From Candidatus Eiseniibacteriota bacterium (lineage in GTDB: Bacteria > Eisenbacteria > RBG-16-71-46), in the NCBI GenBank assembly GCA_044223005.1, contig JBGAML010000015.1, positions 1 through 64,000 on the forward strand: 64,000 bases of DNA, written 5' to 3'. Position numbers and translations under genes: made by a program. This document shows positions 60,806 to 64,000 of the stretch, in pieces (the stretch's first letter is position 1; every line of letters starts with the position of its first letter). A model generated the notes under the pieces. It saw only the letters and a list, made by a program, of their open reading frames with translations, was not told the origin of the DNA and did no database searches.

Positions 60806-61960
60806 ATGACGACGCCGCGCGATCCCGAACTCACCCGCGACGAAATGCGCCGGTACGGCCGCCACGTGATCGTGCCCGAGGTGGGGCTCGACGGGCAGCG
60901 ACGGCTCAAGGGTTCGCGCGTGATGATCGTGGGCGCGGGCGGGCTCGGCTCGCCGGCGGCGCTCTATCTCGCGGCCGCGGGCGTCGGCACGCTCGGCCTC
61001 GTCGACTTCGACGTGGTCGAGGAGAGCAACCTGCAGCGCCAGATCGCGCACGGCACGGCGGCGCTCGGCAGGCCGAAGCTCGACTCGATGCGCGAGCGGC
61101 TCGCGGACCTGAATCCGCACGTGCGGCTCGAGACGTTCGCGACGCGGCTGCACCGCGGCAACGCGCTCGAGATCCTGCGCGGCTGGGACGTGGTGCTGGA
61201 CGGCACGGACAACTTCGCGACGCGCTACCTCGTGAACGACGCGTGCGTGCTGCTCGGGATTCCCAACGCGTACGGCAGCATCCTGCGCTTCGAAGGTCAG
61301 GCGAGCGTGTTCGACGCGGCGCGCGGCCCCTGCTACCGCTGCGTGTTCCCGCAGCCGCCGCCGCCGGGGGAGGTGCCGTCGTGCGCCGAGGCCGGCGTGC
61401 TGGGGGTCCTGCCCGGCGTGATCGGGACGATCCAGGCCACCGAGGCGATCAAGCTGTTGCTCGGCGCCCCGGAGACGCTGATCGGCCGCCTGCTCCTCTA
61501 CGACGCCTGGACGCTGCGCTTTCGCGAGCTGCGGCTGCGCAAGGACCCGGACTGCCCGCTCTGCGGTACGCACCCGACGATCCGCGAGCTCGTCGACTAC
61601 GACGCGTTCTGCGGTGTCGCGCCGGAGGCGCCCGCCGCGACCGCGGGCGAGCTCGGGCCCGCGGAGCTGCGCGCCATGCGCGAGCGCGGCGAGCGCTTCG
61701 TGCTGCTCGACGTGCGCGAAGCGGCCGAGCTCGCGCTGGCGCGGCTCGAGGGCGCGGTGCACATTCCGCTCGCACTGCTGCCGCTGCGAGCCGGGGAGCT
61801 CGACCCGGCGGCGCCCACGGTCGTGATGTGCCACCACGGCGCGCGCAGCGCGATGGCGGTGCGCTGGCTCCACGAGCACGGATTCCGTACCCTGCACAAC
61901 CTCGCGGGCGGCATCGACGCCTACGCCCGCCTCGTCGACCCGGAAGTGCCGCGCTACTGA
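60806..61960 (+). CDS. moeB: MoeB/MoeZ adenylyltransferase with C-terminal rhodanese domain
   Basis: GAGGLG, SNLQRQ, CYRC, CPLC, DVRE, CHHGARS. Confidence 0.9.
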   Translation: MTTPRDPELTRDEMRRYGRHVIVPEVGLDGQRRLKGSRVMIVGAGGLGSPAALYLAAAGVGTLGLVDFDVVEESNLQRQIAHGTAALGRPKLDSMRERLADLNPHVRLETFATRLHRGNALEILRGWDVVLDGTDNFATRYLVNDACVLLGIPNAYGSILRFEGQASVFDAARGPCYRCVFPQPPPPGEVPSCAEAGVLGVLPGVIGTIQATEAIKLLLGAPETLIGRLLLYDAWTLRFRELRLRKDPDCPLCGTHPTIRELVDYDAFCGVAPEAPAATAGELGPAELRAMRERGERFVLLDVREAAELALARLEGAVHIPLALLPLRAGELDPAAPTVVMCHHGARSAMAVRWLHEHGFRTLHNLAGGIDAYARLVDPEVPRY

Positions 61961-61985
61961 CACTCGCGCGGCCGGAGGAGCCCCG

Positions 61986-63464
61986 ATGATCCACGTTGCC
62001 GCCGCCCGCCGCTCCCTCGTCGCCCTGGCCGCCGCCGCGCTGCTGGCCGTTTTCGCCATCGGGTGCGCCGTCAATCCCGCGACGGGCAAGCGCGAGTTCA
62101 CGCTCGTCAGCGCCGACCAGGAACTCGCGATCGGCCGCGAGGGCTTCGCCGCCACGATCGACCAGTACGGGCAGTACGACGACGCGAAGCTCGCCGCCTA
62201 TGTCGACAGCGTCGGCAAGAAGGTCGCGCACGTGAGCGAGCTGCCGAATCTCGACTGGCACTTCACCGTGCTCGACGACCCGATGGTCAACGCGTTCGCG
62301 ATGCCGGGCGGCTACATCTACATCACGCGCGGCATCCTCGCGCACCTGAACTCCGAGGCGCAGCTCGCGGGCGTGCTCGGCCACGAGATCGGGCACGTCA
62401 CCGCGCGGCACTCGGCCAAGCAGATCACGCAGCAGCAGATCGCGGGTCTGGGTCTCGCGGTGGCCGGCGCCTTCTCGACCACGTTCCAGCAGTACAGCGG
62501 CGCGGCGCAGCAGGCGCTCGGGCTGCTGATGCTCAAGTACAGCCGCGACGACGAGTCGCAGGCCGACCTGCTCGGGATCCGCTACGCGACCGCGGCCGGC
62601 TACGACCCGCGCGAGATCCCATCGACGTACGCGATGCTCAAGCGCATCAGCCAGAAGTCGGGCAGCTCGCTGCCGTTCTACCTTTCGACGCACCCGGATC
62701 CGGGCGACCGCGAGCAGCGCACGACGGCGCTGGCCGCGCAGGCGGTGACGGGGAAGACCAACCTCGCCGTGCGCGCGCACGCGCTGCTCGACCGTGTGCG
62801 CGGCGTCGTCTACGGCACCGATCCGCGCCAGGGCTGGTTCGACGGCGTACGCTTCGTGCAACCGCAGATGGGCCTGCAGATGGACTTTCCCGGCGGCTGG
62901 CAGACGCAGAACAGCCATTCCGCCGTGCTGGCGGCCGAGCCCCAGAAGCAGGGCGCGATGCAGGTGACGCTCGCAGCCAACGCCGGCACGCTCTCGCCCG
63001 CCGACTACGTCGCGGCGCTGCGCCGCGACGGCAAGCTCGCGGCGGCCGAGGGCGCGCCGGAGACCATCGGCGGCTGGCCGGCGTGGGTCGGCCGCATCAC
63101 CACGGCGCCCGACGCGCAGGGGGCGAGCACGGTGCTCGTCGCGGCGTGGGTACGAACCGGTACCGATCGCCTGCTGCAAGTGGTCGGGCAGACCGCGGCC
63201 GCCGGCGATGCGAACGAGCGCGCGATCGTCGCGGCGGTGCGCTCGCTGCGGCCGCTCGCCGACACGCGGCTCGCGAATCCGGAACCGGATCGCGTGCGCG
63301 TGAAGCCCGCCGGGGTGGTGGGGACGTTCTCGGCCGTGCTCGCGAAGCTCGGGCCCAACGCGCTCTCGCCGGAGGATGCGGCGATCCTGAACGGGGTCGA
63401 ACTCGACGCCGCGGTCGGGTCGACGCAGTGGATCAAGATCGTGGAGCCGGGGCACCGTCGCTGA
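61986..63464 (+). CDS. M48 family metalloprotease lipoprotein
   Basis: Lipobox AIGC, NAFAMPGG, HEIGH, YSRDDESQAD, STHP. Confidence 0.9.
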   Translation: MIHVAAARRSLVALAAAALLAVFAIGCAVNPATGKREFTLVSADQELAIGREGFAATIDQYGQYDDAKLAAYVDSVGKKVAHVSELPNLDWHFTVLDDPMVNAFAMPGGYIYITRGILAHLNSEAQLAGVLGHEIGHVTARHSAKQITQQQIAGLGLAVAGAFSTTFQQYSGAAQQALGLLMLKYSRDDESQADLLGIRYATAAGYDPREIPSTYAMLKRISQKSGSSLPFYLSTHPDPGDREQRTTALAAQAVTGKTNLAVRAHALLDRVRGVVYGTDPRQGWFDGVRFVQPQMGLQMDFPGGWQTQNSHSAVLAAEPQKQGAMQVTLAANAGTLSPADYVAALRRDGKLAAAEGAPETIGGWPAWVGRITTAPDAQGASTVLVAAWVRTGTDRLLQVVGQTAAAGDANERAIVAAVRSLRPLADTRLANPEPDRVRVKPAGVVGTFSAVLAKLGPNALSPEDAAILNGVELDAAVGSTQWIKIVEPGHRR

Positions 63465-63495
63465 GGCGATGGTGATCCCGATGTGGAGTCTCCGG

Positions 63496-63525
63496 TTGAC
63501 ACGTCGAGAACGTACCCATTAGGGT
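63496..63525 (+). promoter_or_regulatory. Putative sigma70 promoter
   Basis: TTGACA-N18-TAGGGT upstream of cytochrome gene. Confidence 0.45.
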
Positions 63526-63536
63526 GCCGCACGGCC

Positions 63537-64000
63537 ATGAAACGACTCGTCGCCGCAGTACTCGTCTTCTCGACGCTCGCACTCGCGAGCGTCGCGCTTT
63601 CGCAGTCGTTCAGCGTTCAACTCGGTGCCAACAAGGGCCCGGTTCAGCCCATCCCGTTCAGCCACAAGATCCACGCGGGCAAGCTGAACATGGCGTGCCG
63701 CTACTGCCACTACGGCGCGTGGAAATCGCCCTGGGCGAACATCCCGGCGATGAGCACGTGCATGGGCTGCCACAAGATCGCGGTCGCCGATCGCCCGAAC
63801 ATCCAGAAGCTCACGGGCTACTGGGACCGCGGCGAACGCATTCCGTGGGTCAAGGTGCACTACCTGCCCGACCACGTGAAGTTCAACCACAAGCGTCACG
63901 TGCTGGCCGGATTCCCGTGCCAGAAGTGCCACGGCCCCGTGCAGGCGATGGACGTGGTCTACCAGTACAGCTCGCTGAAGATGGGCTGGTGCGTGTCGTG
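63537..64000 (+). CDS. Multiheme cytochrome c (ActA/QrcA-like), 3'-truncated; not in supplied ORF track
   Basis: MKRLVAAVLVF... QPIPFSHKIHAG, CRYCH, CMGCH, FNHKRH, CQKCH, MGWCVS at window end. Confidence 0.88.
   Translation, partial: MKRLVAAVLVFSTLALASVALSQSFSVQLGANKGPVQPIPFSHKIHAGKLNMACRYCHYGAWKSPWANIPAMSTCMGCHKIAVADRPNIQKLTGYWDRGERIPWVKVHYLPDHVKFNHKRHVLAGFPCQKCHGPVQAMDVVYQYSSLKMGWCVS

Noticed and set aside
63519..63932. 137-aa minus-strand ORF
   Set aside because: Antisense to the multiheme cytochrome gene

Overview
Very GC-rich bacterial chromosomal window, densely coding, with no CRISPR array, rRNA or intact mobile element seen. From left to right: (1) a microviridin/marinostatin-type graspetide (RiPP) locus with two tandem ABC exporters, a 49-aa PFFARFL/TMKYPSD precursor and one MdnC/MvdD-type ATP-grasp ligase, followed by tRNA-Cys; (2) a TPR-like protein, a membrane protein plus Xis/BldC-like HTH operon, GT-C-type membrane proteins and an S41 peptidase; (3) [NiFe]-hydrogenase maturation genes (hypAB convergent with hypF, a Cys-less hypC-like gene, hypCDE); (4) an unannotated ~260-nt structured element with a 15-nt perfect complement of the 16S rRNA 3' end, a 14-codon Ser-rich ORF and a terminator; (5) a heme-motif sensor kinase and NtrC pair, a sigma54-promoter small protein, a degenerate hybrid pseudokinase, an MFS transporter and a secreted protein ending in a TWGxLKxxYR motif; (6) asnB/ArnT-like genes, gnd-zwf-pgl, an HTH plus AT-hook small protein, ndh, sthA, fumC, a dehydratase, a hybrid kinase, a TlpA fusion, tal, malQ, tkt, glk, moeB, an M48 peptidase and the start of a multiheme cytochrome c. 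The C-terminal motif tentatively suggests a Ca. Eisenbacteria/Krumholzibacteria-like lineage (inference only). All product calls come from motif recognition by eye; no database search was run.
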